A model generated the notes under the pieces. The model worked only from the letters and a program-made list of their open reading frames with translations, did no database searches and was not told the DNA's origin. A DNA stretch of 64,000 bases. Origin: Candidatus Babelota bacterium. Lineage in GTDB: Bacteria; Babelota; Babeliae; Babelales; JABDEC01. Where the stretch lies: positions 104,970 to 168,969 of the forward strand of contig JABDFA010000001.1 in NCBI GenBank assembly GCA_013286795.1, read 5' to 3'. A program made the position numbers and the translations under genes. This document shows positions 54,118 to 63,112 of the stretch, piece by piece (position 1 is the stretch's first letter; every line of letters starts with the position of its first letter).

Positions 54118-54318
54118 ATGAAATTATTAAAAAAATTAACTCCTGAACAATTAGGGTTATTATTTATAATACTAGGATTAGTTCTATTATCAGGCATGTT
54201 TACACAAATTTTATATTATTTAATAATAATTTGTTCAATTTTTTTAATTGTATACGGAATTTTCCTTGGAGATTTTGGTACAAAATTGGTAAATGCTATT
54301 AAAAGACTTAAGCGCTAA
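54118..54318 (+). CDS. Small two-TM membrane protein (hypothetical)
   Basis: 66 aa with two hydrophobic helices and a basic tail. RBS AAAGGA. A possible TTGACA (54054-54059) -18- TATTTT promoter lies upstream. Confidence 0.4.
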   Translation: MKLLKKLTPEQLGLLFIILGLVLLSGMFTQILYYLIIICSIFLIVYGIFLGDFGTKLVNAIKRLKR

Positions 54319-54319
54319 T

Positions 54320-55213
54320 TTAGTTGAATTTCCAGCCAACATTTAGAGCAAATAAATAAGTATTATGATTCTGAACACCAAACAAATGTTGAAAAACCGT
54401 ACCCTGGAGACCTATTTGGAAAATTAATTTTTCATTAGAAGCAAAAAAAGATGGTCCAAAAAATATTACATTTCCACCAGAATTTGAGTTTATTGCACCA
54501 GTAATTTTATCCCGCTGGGTATAAATACCATTAAATTCACAGCCCAACGCAAATATCCAACCAGGTCTCAAATCTCCCAAATTCACACTTCCTCCAAATT
54601 GATAAATATAAGAGCTTCCAAATTTGGTTTTATTATTATTAGTAGTAGTTTGATTAGTACCAATTGAGCCGAAACAATAAAATCTTTGAGTCCAGTGGGC
54701 AAAAGTAAAACCTAGAAAAAAAGCTGAAGATCCAAAACCTGTATTAGGTATTTTAGTGTCAGAACCTACTGCTAAGGTAACGCCACCAACAACTGTAAAT
54801 TGAGTATAAGTTTTTTTTGTTGGCTTTGTATAATAAGCATATTCCAATACAGGCAAGATATCACCAATTCCGGAAGAATGTAAATCATTATATTTGGATT
54901 TTACAAAAACCGGTACATTTACCAGAAATGACAAATCATCGGTTATGCCATACAAAGCGTAAGGATCAACTATAATTGTATTTTTTTTTCTGCCTCTTAG
55001 TTGAGTCGTAAAAGCCTCCAATAAGAAATCACCTTTTTCTACAACGTGTTGCCCAAAACCAAAGAGACATCCTGGCTGTTGAGAAATAGGTAACGAGAAA
55101 TTACCAATAGGATCCGGTTCAATAACTTGAGGACAAATATCTGCTTTAAAAGTTATATTAAACGTTAATAAATAATATAATATTAATAAATAAAAGTTTT
55201 TTTTGAAATACAT
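54320..55213 (-). CDS. Putative outer-membrane beta-barrel protein
   Basis: Signal-like N-terminus. Alternating hydrophobic/G-rich beta-strand pattern throughout, with an aromatic C-terminus ...NVGWKFN. It resembles the small 'MetA-pathway/transporter' barrel family, recalled from memory only. Confidence 0.45.
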   Translation of the reverse strand: MYFKKNFYLLILYYLLTFNITFKADICPQVIEPDPIGNFSLPISQQPGCLFGFGQHVVEKGDFLLEAFTTQLRGRKKNTIIVDPYALYGITDDLSFLVNVPVFVKSKYNDLHSSGIGDILPVLEYAYYTKPTKKTYTQFTVVGGVTLAVGSDTKIPNTGFGSSAFFLGFTFAHWTQRFYCFGSIGTNQTTTNNNKTKFGSSYIYQFGGSVNLGDLRPGWIFALGCEFNGIYTQRDKITGAINSNSGGNVIFFGPSFFASNEKLIFQIGLQGTVFQHLFGVQNHNTYLFALNVGWKFN

Positions 55214-55360
55214 CAGTCACATCTCCCATATTTATAACACAATATTATTTTTTAATAAGCTTAAACAAGTATTTGATCACAGATTCAGCAAAATTTGCAA
55301 AATATAAGCATTTAAATTATCATTTTCATATAGTAATTTACCTAAAAAAATAGAGATTAT

Positions 55361-56671
55361 ATGTCAAAACAAAATCAAGTTACTTTAGAAAAAATAGTAT
55401 CTTTATGTAAACGCAGAGGGTTAGTTTATCCTTCAGCAGAAATATATGGCGGCATTAATGGTGTTTATGATTTTGGACACTTAGGTACCCTAATAAAAAG
55501 AAATATAAGAAACGCTTGGTTAAAATCACTACAAAAATCATTTGAAGATATACTTTTTTTTGAAGGTTCATTGTTAGCACCTAGTCCCGTATGGGAAGCT
55601 TCAGGTCATGTACAAAATTTCAGCGATCCAATGGTTGATTGTTTAAATTGCAAACACAGATTTAGAGCAGATGAACTTGATTTAAAAAAGCCATGTCCAA
55701 ACTGCGGACAGACCAAATGGACAGAGGTACGTCAATTTAATTTAATGTTCCAAACTAATGTAGGGGCAATACAAGATAAATCATCAATAGCTTATTTAAG
55801 ACCAGAAACAGCACAAGCTATTTTTATTAATTTTAAAAATATAATATCAACAAATAGAGTAAAGATTCCCTTTGGTGTATCTCAAATTGGTAAAGCTTTC
55901 AGAAACGAGATAACTCCAAAGCAATTCTTATTTAGAAGTAGAGAATTTGAACAAATGGAAATCGAATGGTTTTGCAATCCTGAAAATGCCATAAATGATT
56001 TTAATCTTTGGTGCAAAGCAAGAAAAGAGTTTTATGCATCTCTAGGACTTAATATGAATAAAATCAGACTAAGGGAACATGGCAAAGATGAACTTGCCCA
56101 TTATTCAATAAGTTGCACTGATGTAGAATATGAATTTCCATTTGGGTGGAAAGAAATAGAGGGCATTGCAAATAGAGGAAACTACGATTTGACTCAACAT
56201 AGTAAGCATTCTGGAAAAGATTTAGGAGTATTTGATGAAGAAACTAAGCAATCATATATACCACATGTTATAGAATGCTCAGTAGGCAGCGATAGATTAT
56301 TTTTAACAATATTATGCGATGCCTACACAGAAGATTTGATTGATTCAGAAGAACGCATAGTTTTAAAATTAAGTCCAGAAATAGCTCCAATTAAAGCAGC
56401 CTTTCTCCCATTGGTAAAAAAATTAAATGAACCAATGTATAAAATCTATCAAGATATTAGATTACTAGGTTATGAAATTGAATTTGATGAATCAGGATCT
56501 ATAGGTAAAAGATACAGAAGGCAGGATGAAATCGGCACACCTTTATGTTTTACATATGATTTTGAAAGTATAAATGACAATTGCGTAACCGTACGCCACA
56601 GAGATACAACAAATCAGGAAAGAATTAGCATAGATAAGATAAAAGAATACCTGAAAAACTCATTAAAATAA
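55361..56671 (+). CDS. glyQS: Glycyl-tRNA synthetase, dimeric (alpha2) type
   Basis: MSKQNQVTLEKIVSLCKRRGLVYPSAEIYGG..G.YD.G.LG, YLRPETAQ, RNEI.P...LFR.REFEQME.E.F, the SVG.DRL motif 3 region, and a C-terminal anticodon-binding domain. Confidence 0.93.
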   Translation: MSKQNQVTLEKIVSLCKRRGLVYPSAEIYGGINGVYDFGHLGTLIKRNIRNAWLKSLQKSFEDILFFEGSLLAPSPVWEASGHVQNFSDPMVDCLNCKHRFRADELDLKKPCPNCGQTKWTEVRQFNLMFQTNVGAIQDKSSIAYLRPETAQAIFINFKNIISTNRVKIPFGVSQIGKAFRNEITPKQFLFRSREFEQMEIEWFCNPENAINDFNLWCKARKEFYASLGLNMNKIRLREHGKDELAHYSISCTDVEYEFPFGWKEIEGIANRGNYDLTQHSKHSGKDLGVFDEETKQSYIPHVIECSVGSDRLFLTILCDAYTEDLIDSEERIVLKLSPEIAPIKAAFLPLVKKLNEPMYKIYQDIRLLGYEIEFDESGSIGKRYRRQDEIGTPLCFTYDFESINDNCVTVRHRDTTNQERISIDKIKEYLKNSLK

Positions 56672-56686
56672 ACTAAAAATAATATA

Positions 56687-56716
56687 TTGACACTTGCCGC
56701 ACCTTTGTGCTATCAT
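56687..56716 (+). promoter_or_regulatory. Candidate promoter of the yerC-like/ABC transporter operon
   Basis: TTGACA (56687-56692), an 18-nt spacer, then TGC-TATCAT (extended -10, 56711-56716), ~40 nt upstream of ATG 56758. Confidence 0.4.
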
Positions 56717-56757
56717 AATAATACAGTGATACAAATATAAAAAATGGAAAGGTACAA

Positions 56758-57048
56758 ATGGAACAGAATAAAAATGCAATCCAAGAGCTCTATCAAGCTT
56801 TATTATTAGTTAAAAACACTCAAGAAATGGAAGCTTTCTTAAAAGACCTTTGCACACCAGCAGAAATAAGGGCATTGGCGGAACGTTGGCGAGTTTGCAA
56901 AATCTTGAATGAAGAAAAACTCTCATATCGTGAAATTAATAAAGAAACAGGGGCCAGTTTGGCAACCATAGGAAGAGTCGCAAGATTTTTAAAAGACGAA
57001 CCATACAATGGATACAGGCTTATACTTAAACGAATATACAAAAAATAG
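56758..57048 (+). CDS. TrpR-like YerC/YecD family DNA-binding protein
   Basis: 96 aa. ...FLKDLCTPAEIRALAERWRVCKILNEEKLSYREINKETGASLATIGRVARFLK matches the YerC/YecD (Trp-repressor-fold) family. Confidence 0.75.
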   Translation: MEQNKNAIQELYQALLLVKNTQEMEAFLKDLCTPAEIRALAERWRVCKILNEEKLSYREINKETGASLATIGRVARFLKDEPYNGYRLILKRIYKK

Positions 57049-57060
57049 AAAGGGATAAAC

Positions 57061-57843
57061 ATGAATTTCAAAACAATAATGCTTACTATATTACTTTTAA
57101 TTTTAGCTATAACTAGCTTTATATTTTTAAAAAAGTCTCACATAAGACAAAAAAATAGTGATACTTTTATTGTTGGAACAACAGCAGGTTACGCGCCATT
57201 TGTAAGCATTAACTCACAAGGTGAGTATGAAGGTTTTGATATTGACATATCCAATGTGCTTGCAAAGGAAATGAACAAAAAATTAACCATTAAAGATTTA
57301 GGATCAATGACTTCTCTTCTGACTGCTCTAGAACAAGGTAGCATTGATGCAATTATTTGGGGAATGTCTATCACTCAGGACCGCCTTAAAAAAGTAGCCA
57401 TGATACATTATCAGGGTGAAACAACAACTTCTTACCCCTTAATTTTTTGGCAAACAATTCCTACAACAATAAAATCTATTTCAGACATGCAAGGCAAAAC
57501 TATATGTGTTGAACCTGCATCATCTCAAGATGCAGTTTTAAATAAATATTCTAAAATTAATAAACTTCCTGTAGAAAAAATAGATGATGCTCTTTTAAAC
57601 ATACAATATGGCAAAGCTGATGCTGCTTTAACAGAACCCGCAATAGCCAAAAAATTTAAAAATAAATACCCAGAAATTCAAATTTTAAATGTACCTTTGG
57701 CCCAAGAAGATCAAGTAGAAGGTATTGGCATAGTTTTAAAAAAAGAGAATGCAACACTTATAGATAAAATAGAACAGGCTGTTAAAAATTTAAAAAATTC
57801 AGGAATAATTACACAGCTCGAACAAAAATGGGATATATCATAA
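57061..57843 (+). CDS. Polar amino-acid ABC transporter substrate-binding protein
   Basis: TM/signal N-terminus, then FIVGTTAGYAPFVSI...GEYEGFDIDI....AKEMN......D..W..L..AL..G.IDAII.GMSIT..R is the family-3 SBP pattern. Confidence 0.85.
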   Translation: MNFKTIMLTILLLILAITSFIFLKKSHIRQKNSDTFIVGTTAGYAPFVSINSQGEYEGFDIDISNVLAKEMNKKLTIKDLGSMTSLLTALEQGSIDAIIWGMSITQDRLKKVAMIHYQGETTTSYPLIFWQTIPTTIKSISDMQGKTICVEPASSQDAVLNKYSKINKLPVEKIDDALLNIQYGKADAALTEPAIAKKFKNKYPEIQILNVPLAQEDQVEGIGIVLKKENATLIDKIEQAVKNLKNSGIITQLEQKWDIS

Positions 57844-58496
57844 TGAATATTTTAGATTATTTACCACTACTATTAAAAGGTAGTTTAATAACAATAATTG
57901 CTTGGATAATCTCTGCAATTTTAAGCCTTACAATTGGTACTTTACTAGGAATCGCCAGCTGTCATCATTTAACATCAACTTTTGCAAAAACAGCTATAAG
58001 ATGTTACACATTTATAGCAAAAGGTATACCAGCATATGTACAAATTTTAATTGCTTATTTTGTCATACCAGCTGCATTAGGAATCAACATTCCTAGTTTT
58101 GTAGCAGCAATAGGAGCTTTAGCTTTTTGTTCAAGTGGATATGTTACTGAAATTGTTCGATCAGGTATTAATAGTATACCCCAAGGTCAATGGGATGCTT
58201 GTTTTGCATTAGGTTATCCCATAAAAGATACTTTATTGCGTATAATATTGCCACAGACTTTGAAAAATATATTACCAAGTTTATTTGGAGAGTTTGAACA
58301 GTTGCTTAAAAGTACATCTTTATTAGCAACAATTGGTATTACAGAATTAACAAGAACAGGTATGAATATTATTTCACGTGAATTAAATCCAATACCAATT
58401 TACTTACTTATTGCATCTATTTACTTACTATTTTCTGCACTATTACAAATAATTATTATCTACACAGAAAAAAGGAGCCATCATGGTAATCGTTAA
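57843..58496 (+). CDS. Polar amino-acid ABC transporter permease
   Basis: The start ATG overlaps the SBP stop (TAATG at 57841-57845). HisM/GlnP-type permease with the EAA-loop-like SSGYVTEIVRSGINSIPQGQWDACFALG. Confidence 0.88.
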   Translation: MNILDYLPLLLKGSLITIIAWIISAILSLTIGTLLGIASCHHLTSTFAKTAIRCYTFIAKGIPAYVQILIAYFVIPAALGINIPSFVAAIGALAFCSSGYVTEIVRSGINSIPQGQWDACFALGYPIKDTLLRIILPQTLKNILPSLFGEFEQLLKSTSLLATIGITELTRTGMNIISRELNPIPIYLLIASIYLLFSALLQIIIIYTEKRSHHGNR

Positions 58497-59178
58497 TAAT
58501 CTTACAATAAAATTAAAAAATGAAACTATTCTTAAATCTATCTCCTGTTCTTTACTTCCAGGTAGAATAACAACATTAATTGGACAAAGTGGTGCCGGAA
58601 AAACTTCATTACTAAAATCATTTATAGGTCTTATGCCAATTACTGATGGAAAGATCACTATTAATGACAAAAAAATTAATAGTTTATCTTCAAAACAAAG
58701 ATCTGAAGAAATTGGATACGTATTTCAAGAATTTAATCTTTTTGCAAATTTAACAGTATTGCAAAATTGTATTGACCCACTAATAGTACATGGCTTAAAT
58801 AAATCTCAAGCAGAAAAACGTGCACTTGAAATATTACAAGAGCTTGAAATGCAAAATTTTGCAAATAAATACCCATCTGAGCTTTCTGGAGGACAACAAC
58901 AACGTATTGCTATAGCCAGAGCACTTTGTTTAAAACCAAAAGTTCTTCTATTAGATGAACCAACAGCATCCCTGGACCCTTTAAACACCACTATCCTTGT
59001 TAATATATTAAAAAAATTAGCAGCGCAAGGTTTAACAATTTGCCTTTCAAGCCAAGATATGGGTTTCGTTAAACAAATTTTTGATCGTGTTTATTATATT
59101 AAATCCGGAGAAATCGCAGAATTTTGTGACAGCAACCAACAAATTTCCAGCTGCCCTCTCATTTCTAAATTTATTTAA
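58483..59178 (+). CDS. Amino-acid ABC transporter ATP-binding protein
   Basis: Walker A GQSGAGKTS, Q-loop, signature LSGGQQQRIAIARAL, Walker B LLLDEPTASLD. Confidence 0.93.
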   Translation: MVIVNNLTIKLKNETILKSISCSLLPGRITTLIGQSGAGKTSLLKSFIGLMPITDGKITINDKKINSLSSKQRSEEIGYVFQEFNLFANLTVLQNCIDPLIVHGLNKSQAEKRALEILQELEMQNFANKYPSELSGGQQQRIAIARALCLKPKVLLLDEPTASLDPLNTTILVNILKKLAAQGLTICLSSQDMGFVKQIFDRVYYIKSGEIAEFCDSNQQISSCPLISKFI

Positions 59179-59201
59179 ATAAGATCTTGTATTTTTAGTG
59201 A

Positions 59202-60272
59202 TTAAAAATCAAATTCACTAGACAAAGAATATTTTCTTGCTTTTTTCGAAGTGTTAGCAATTATCAAAAAGCCGGATTTAACCCAATTTTGGGCTAAGTT
59301 TCTAATAGTTCTTGGATTCAATTTTAATAACCTTTGTATATCTGAAGAGGTTATAAAAGCCTTTGATTTAAATAAAGATAAAACTTTCTTTTGATTATTA
59401 TCAAGCAACTTAATTTGTTTAGACAAATCTTTTTTACCAATCTTTTGAGCTTTAATAGCATGTTTTTTTACATTTCTAAAACTTTCTACCATTTTAGAAC
59501 AAAAATACTCTAACCATGAAGTTATATCCGCATCAGCTCTATCTGTATAGTAATTATGGGAGCCAATAGTTAAAGCTTCATAATAAGCTGGCAAATTTTG
59601 CGCATAATATTCATCAAGGGAATATATACCTTTAAGACCATACCCTTTTAATTGCAACAAATATGTAGCCAACAAACGAGCAGTGCGTCCATTGCCATCA
59701 TAATACGGATGTATAGTTGCAAATTGATAATGCAAAATAGCAGCTTGCAATGGAACCGGTATCTTATTTTTATCTGAATTATTCAACCAATCTATTAAAT
59801 CCTTCATTAAAGTTGGTACATCTTTTGCCTCAGGTGGCAAATAAACTATTTTTCCGGTTGCGCCATCTCTAATAACGTTTTGACCATCACGATATGGTGT
59901 AGGCTTTGGCACCCTTCCACCAGCCATAACAATTGCATGTATTTGCTTAACTGTTTTTTCTTCAATAGCATTACCTTTATCTATTTGAGTCTTTAACCAT
60001 GCAAATGCTTTTTCATATCCTTTAACTTCTTTTTCATCTCTTTCTTTGGCAAATGTTTTATCATTCAACAAAACCTCTTTAACTTGATGCAAAGTAAGTC
60101 TATTGCCTTCAATCATTGTAGAATAATGTATAGATTCAATTTTAGATGTTTCTCTTAGACTATTTAATACAGAAACAGAAATTGGCAAAAGGTCTATTTC
60201 CTTGCGAAGAGATTCTAAAGTTATAAGATAATCAATCAATTCATTAGTTACTCTATAATTTGGTTTAAACAT
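59202..60272 (-). CDS. Fic-domain protein (putative AMPylase) with an N-terminal autoinhibitory motif and a C-terminal winged-helix-like domain
   Basis: Fic motif HPYYDGNGRTARLL (H-x-[FY]-x-D-G-N-G-R-x-x-R). The N-terminal IHYSTMIEGN contains S-x-x-x-E-G. The C-terminal ~90 aa (LSLFKSKAFITSSDIQRLLKLNPRTIRNLAQNWVKSGFL) look like a wHTH. Confidence 0.88.
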   Translation of the reverse strand: MFKPNYRVTNELIDYLITLESLRKEIDLLPISVSVLNSLRETSKIESIHYSTMIEGNRLTLHQVKEVLLNDKTFAKERDEKEVKGYEKAFAWLKTQIDKGNAIEEKTVKQIHAIVMAGGRVPKPTPYRDGQNVIRDGATGKIVYLPPEAKDVPTLMKDLIDWLNNSDKNKIPVPLQAAILHYQFATIHPYYDGNGRTARLLATYLLQLKGYGLKGIYSLDEYYAQNLPAYYEALTIGSHNYYTDRADADITSWLEYFCSKMVESFRNVKKHAIKAQKIGKKDLSKQIKLLDNNQKKVLSLFKSKAFITSSDIQRLLKLNPRTIRNLAQNWVKSGFLIIANTSKKARKYSLSSEFDF

Positions 60273-60288
60273 ATTTTCTCCTGATAAT

Positions 60289-60343
60289 TTGCCATTATCT
60301 TGCCATTAAATTGCCGTTAATTTGCCATTATTATACCATTAAT
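60289..60343. repeat. Five tandem direct repeats with an exact 11-bp period (TTGCCATTA core) between fic and the divergent DUF488 gene
   Basis: Cores start at 60289, 60300, 60311, 60322 and 60333: TTGCCATTA, TTGCCATTA, TTGCCGTTA, TTGCCATTA, ATACCATTA. The array starts 17 nt upstream of the fic ATG (60272). A minus-strand TATAAT (60335-60330) overlaps copy 5. Confidence 0.85.
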
Positions 60344-60432
60344 TAAGATAAAAAATATACAAAATGTATAAATAAAGTTATAAGATAGAGATATCATAAT
60401 ATAAGTAAGTAAATTTATTTAAGTAATATTTT

Positions 60433-60975
60433 ATGAAAACAGAGTTATGTATATTTACAATCGGTCACTCAAATAGGACAATAGAAGACTTTTTAGATAT
60501 TCTTAAACATTATCATATCATAGAGCTTGTTGATATTCGAACAATTCCAAAATCTCGTCATAACCCCCAATTTAACAGTGAAGATTTAGCCCATGTATTA
60601 AGAAATCACCACATTGGTTATCGTCATCAAAAAAATTTAGGTGGCTTACGACACACACATACTAATTCAATTAATACTGCTTGGCATAATGCTTCATTTA
60701 GAGGATTTGCAGATTATATGCAAACAGAAGAATTTAAAGATGGACTACAAGAACTTATTAAAATCGCTGATAAAAAAACAGTAGCCATTATGTGTGCCGA
60801 AGCTGTTCCATGGAGATGCCATAGATCCTTGATTGGTGATGCATTACTTGTACATGGAATTCAAGTTGAAGATATTTATAGTATATCATCTCTTAAACCA
60901 CATACATTAACTCCTTGGGCAGTGGTCCATGGAACATCTATAACATATCCAGCTACAGAAGATAAAAAGAGTTAA
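60433..60975 (+). CDS. DUF488-family protein
   Basis: IFTIGHSNRTIEDFLDILKHYHIIELVDIRTIPKSRHNPQFN....L and ...MCAEAVPWRCHRSLI match the DUF488 pattern (TiGhs.. / vDvR..P.Sr / CaE..p..CHR). Confidence 0.75.
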   Translation: MKTELCIFTIGHSNRTIEDFLDILKHYHIIELVDIRTIPKSRHNPQFNSEDLAHVLRNHHIGYRHQKNLGGLRHTHTNSINTAWHNASFRGFADYMQTEEFKDGLQELIKIADKKTVAIMCAEAVPWRCHRSLIGDALLVHGIQVEDIYSISSLKPHTLTPWAVVHGTSITYPATEDKKS

Positions 60976-62147
60976 TATTTACTTAACGGCTGAACATCTT
61001 CTTCAAAATATTTATGAAATTCTACAGGCAATTTTCTGTAATCAACAGATTTAGTTAAACATGAATAATCAATGCCACAAAATGTATTCCAAAACAAAAC
61101 AGTCTCATCTTTAATAACACCATTTGCTATATCATCCATAATAGCAGCAATTGGTTTAGAACTATAAGTTCCTTCCAGTTTAACTTCTTCAATCTTGTTC
61201 ACCAAACGCATTGCATCAGACGCTTCTTTAGTAACCAACCCATACTGTATCCCAGCAAATTTCTTATTAACAATTAATTTATCTTCAGGAAAAGATTCTA
61301 TTTTAAAAGATTCATCAAGAGAGTTTAGATATTTGTTAGATTTATCAAACAATTCTTTTGTTTTCAAATAAAATTCATCTTCAACTTCTTCTGGCTCAAC
61401 TGCAACAGCAACAACTTTAGATTTAAGACCTATAGACTGAATACCTAAAAGTAACCCAGTCGTTGTAGCGCAACTTCCAATTGGTATATAAATAAAATCT
61501 GGTTCTTTAATTAATCCTTGCTTAATCTGCTCTGCTAATTCAAACACAGCATTTACAAAACCAATAGCTCCAATTTCGTTTGAACCCCCAGTTGGAATCA
61601 AATAGGCTTCTTGATCATTTTTCAAAATTTCTTCTGTAGCTAAACTACGTTCTTTATTATTCGGAAAAAATCTTAACTCAGCTCCAATATAGTAATCTAG
61701 TAATAAATTATGTCTAACTATTGGTGAATTCGGTTGATCTTTCAACATTAAAATACATCTTTTAAAGCCCATTTCTTTTGCATACACAGCTGTTGCTAAT
61801 GCATGCTGGGAGCCCGCACAACCATAAGTAATAATAGTTTCTTTCCCTTTATTGCGAGCATCTGCTAAAAGAAATTCTAATTTTCGAGGCTTATTGCCAC
61901 CATATAAATGTGATCCATCAGATTCTTTTTTTCCTGTTAAATAATCAGCTTTCATAAAAAGATTTTTACAGCCTATGCTATTACCTAATTTTTCAAGCTT
62001 GACTATAGGAGTAGGTAAGTCACAAAATTTAATATATGGCAATTTAGATTGTAAGGTTTCATATTTTTTAAATAAAGATAACTCAGAAACAGCTGCATTA
62101 ACAACATTATAAATCACCAGAAATATAAATAAAAATTTTCTTATCAT
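60972..62147 (-). CDS. Leader-bearing PLP-dependent enzyme of the ACC-deaminase/D-cysteine desulfhydrase family
   Basis: GGNKPRKLEFLLADA (PLP-Lys context G-G-N-K-x-R-K-L-E-F), IITYGCAGSQHALATA, TGGSNEIGAIGF. The N-terminal MIRKFLFIFLVIYNVVNA looks like a signal peptide. Confidence 0.8.
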   Translation of the reverse strand: MIRKFLFIFLVIYNVVNAAVSELSLFKKYETLQSKLPYIKFCDLPTPIVKLEKLGNSIGCKNLFMKADYLTGKKESDGSHLYGGNKPRKLEFLLADARNKGKETIITYGCAGSQHALATAVYAKEMGFKRCILMLKDQPNSPIVRHNLLLDYYIGAELRFFPNNKERSLATEEILKNDQEAYLIPTGGSNEIGAIGFVNAVFELAEQIKQGLIKEPDFIYIPIGSCATTTGLLLGIQSIGLKSKVVAVAVEPEEVEDEFYLKTKELFDKSNKYLNSLDESFKIESFPEDKLIVNKKFAGIQYGLVTKEASDAMRLVNKIEEVKLEGTYSSKPIAAIMDDIANGVIKDETVLFWNTFCGIDYSCLTKSVDYRKLPVEFHKYFEEDVQPLSKY

Positions 62148-62183
62148 CTTCCCTGCTCAACCTTACAATTTAAATATATTTGT

Positions 62184-62972
62184 TTATTCAACTACAAAGT
62201 TAAAATAACTATCGTCTTTATCTGCAGGAAATGGTTCATTTTTTAAAGTAAAATGCCACCATTCTTCAGTGACACCTTTAAATCCAAATTCTTCCATTAC
62301 ATTTTTTAAATAAGTTCTCAATTTTTTAAATTTATCTTTAATAAGATTGTTCTCATAATGTGAGGCTGCATCAAATAAATCAAATGATGATCCCATATCA
62401 ATAGTTCCATCATCTAAAATTTTGACAGTATAACCATCAAGCAGTTTACGATTTCTTTCTTTAATCTCATGTAAAGACTTACTATCTTTAATAAGACTCA
62501 AATCTACAGTACTCCCTCTGCTGTGACCTGAGCGTTTAGCTACATAACCTAAATCAAATACATCTGCTTTATTTACGCGTGGATAATATTGAGTTTTTTT
62601 TAATTGATCATTAACATCTTCACTCCATCTTACAAAATGATCAACAGCTTGTTGAGGGCGATAAGCATCATACACAACCAAACTATATCCATCTTTTTTA
62701 ACTCTATCTTGAACCTTTTTTAAAGCCTCAGCTGCTCGCTTAGTCATAATAGCAACTGGCTTTTTATATCCATCAACTGGTTTGCCTACAAAATTTTCAT
62801 TTGTTGCATAACGTAAAGAAACAATAATCGTCGGATCTACTTCATTAAGATACACAAAACCTTTAGAATGAGCTTCTTCAGGTATAGAGAAGCATAATTG
62901 AAAACAAATAATAAAATTAAACACAAAAAATAAAATTGTTTTTGTTTGTTTGAACATAGATCTACCTTTCAT
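62184..62972 (-). CDS. Leader-bearing D-alanyl-D-alanine dipeptidase (VanX/DdpX, M15D)
   Basis: VYDAYRPQQAVDHF, SGHSRGSTVDLSL (Zn ligands H/D) and EEWWHFTL (Zn His). Hydrophobic leader TILFFVFNFIICFQLCFS. The start is 62972 or 62957. Confidence 0.85.
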   Translation of the reverse strand: MKGRSMFKQTKTILFFVFNFIICFQLCFSIPEEAHSKGFVYLNEVDPTIIVSLRYATNENFVGKPVDGYKKPVAIMTKRAAEALKKVQDRVKKDGYSLVVYDAYRPQQAVDHFVRWSEDVNDQLKKTQYYPRVNKADVFDLGYVAKRSGHSRGSTVDLSLIKDSKSLHEIKERNRKLLDGYTVKILDDGTIDMGSSFDLFDAASHYENNLIKDKFKKLRTYLKNVMEEFGFKGVTEEWWHFTLKNEPFPADKDDSYFNFVVE

Positions 62973-63112
62973 AATTAAAGCATCCTTTTCAATCTTACTT
63001 CTTTTTTACAACATTAAAAATAAATTTTAATTGTTATTATTTTATTCATAGATAATACTTGGTATAAGTACTTTAGACTCTTGGCTTATTATAAAGAAAA
63101 TAGGAAATTATT

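Noticed and set aside
55214-55360. T-box or other leader upstream of aminoacyl-tRNA synthetase genes (glyQS, also ileS at 41476-41536 and proS at 10656-10701)
   Set aside because: The spacers are short (46-147 bp) and AT-rich. They lack the conserved T-box sequence and the specifier/antiterminator stem architecture.
60289-60343. The 11-bp tandem repeats as a miniature CRISPR array or a replication iteron set
   Set aside because: The repeats are contiguous with no spacers. They are far shorter than CRISPR repeats, with no cas genes and no rep or par genes nearby. An operator-type function in the fic promoter and 5' UTR is the simpler reading.
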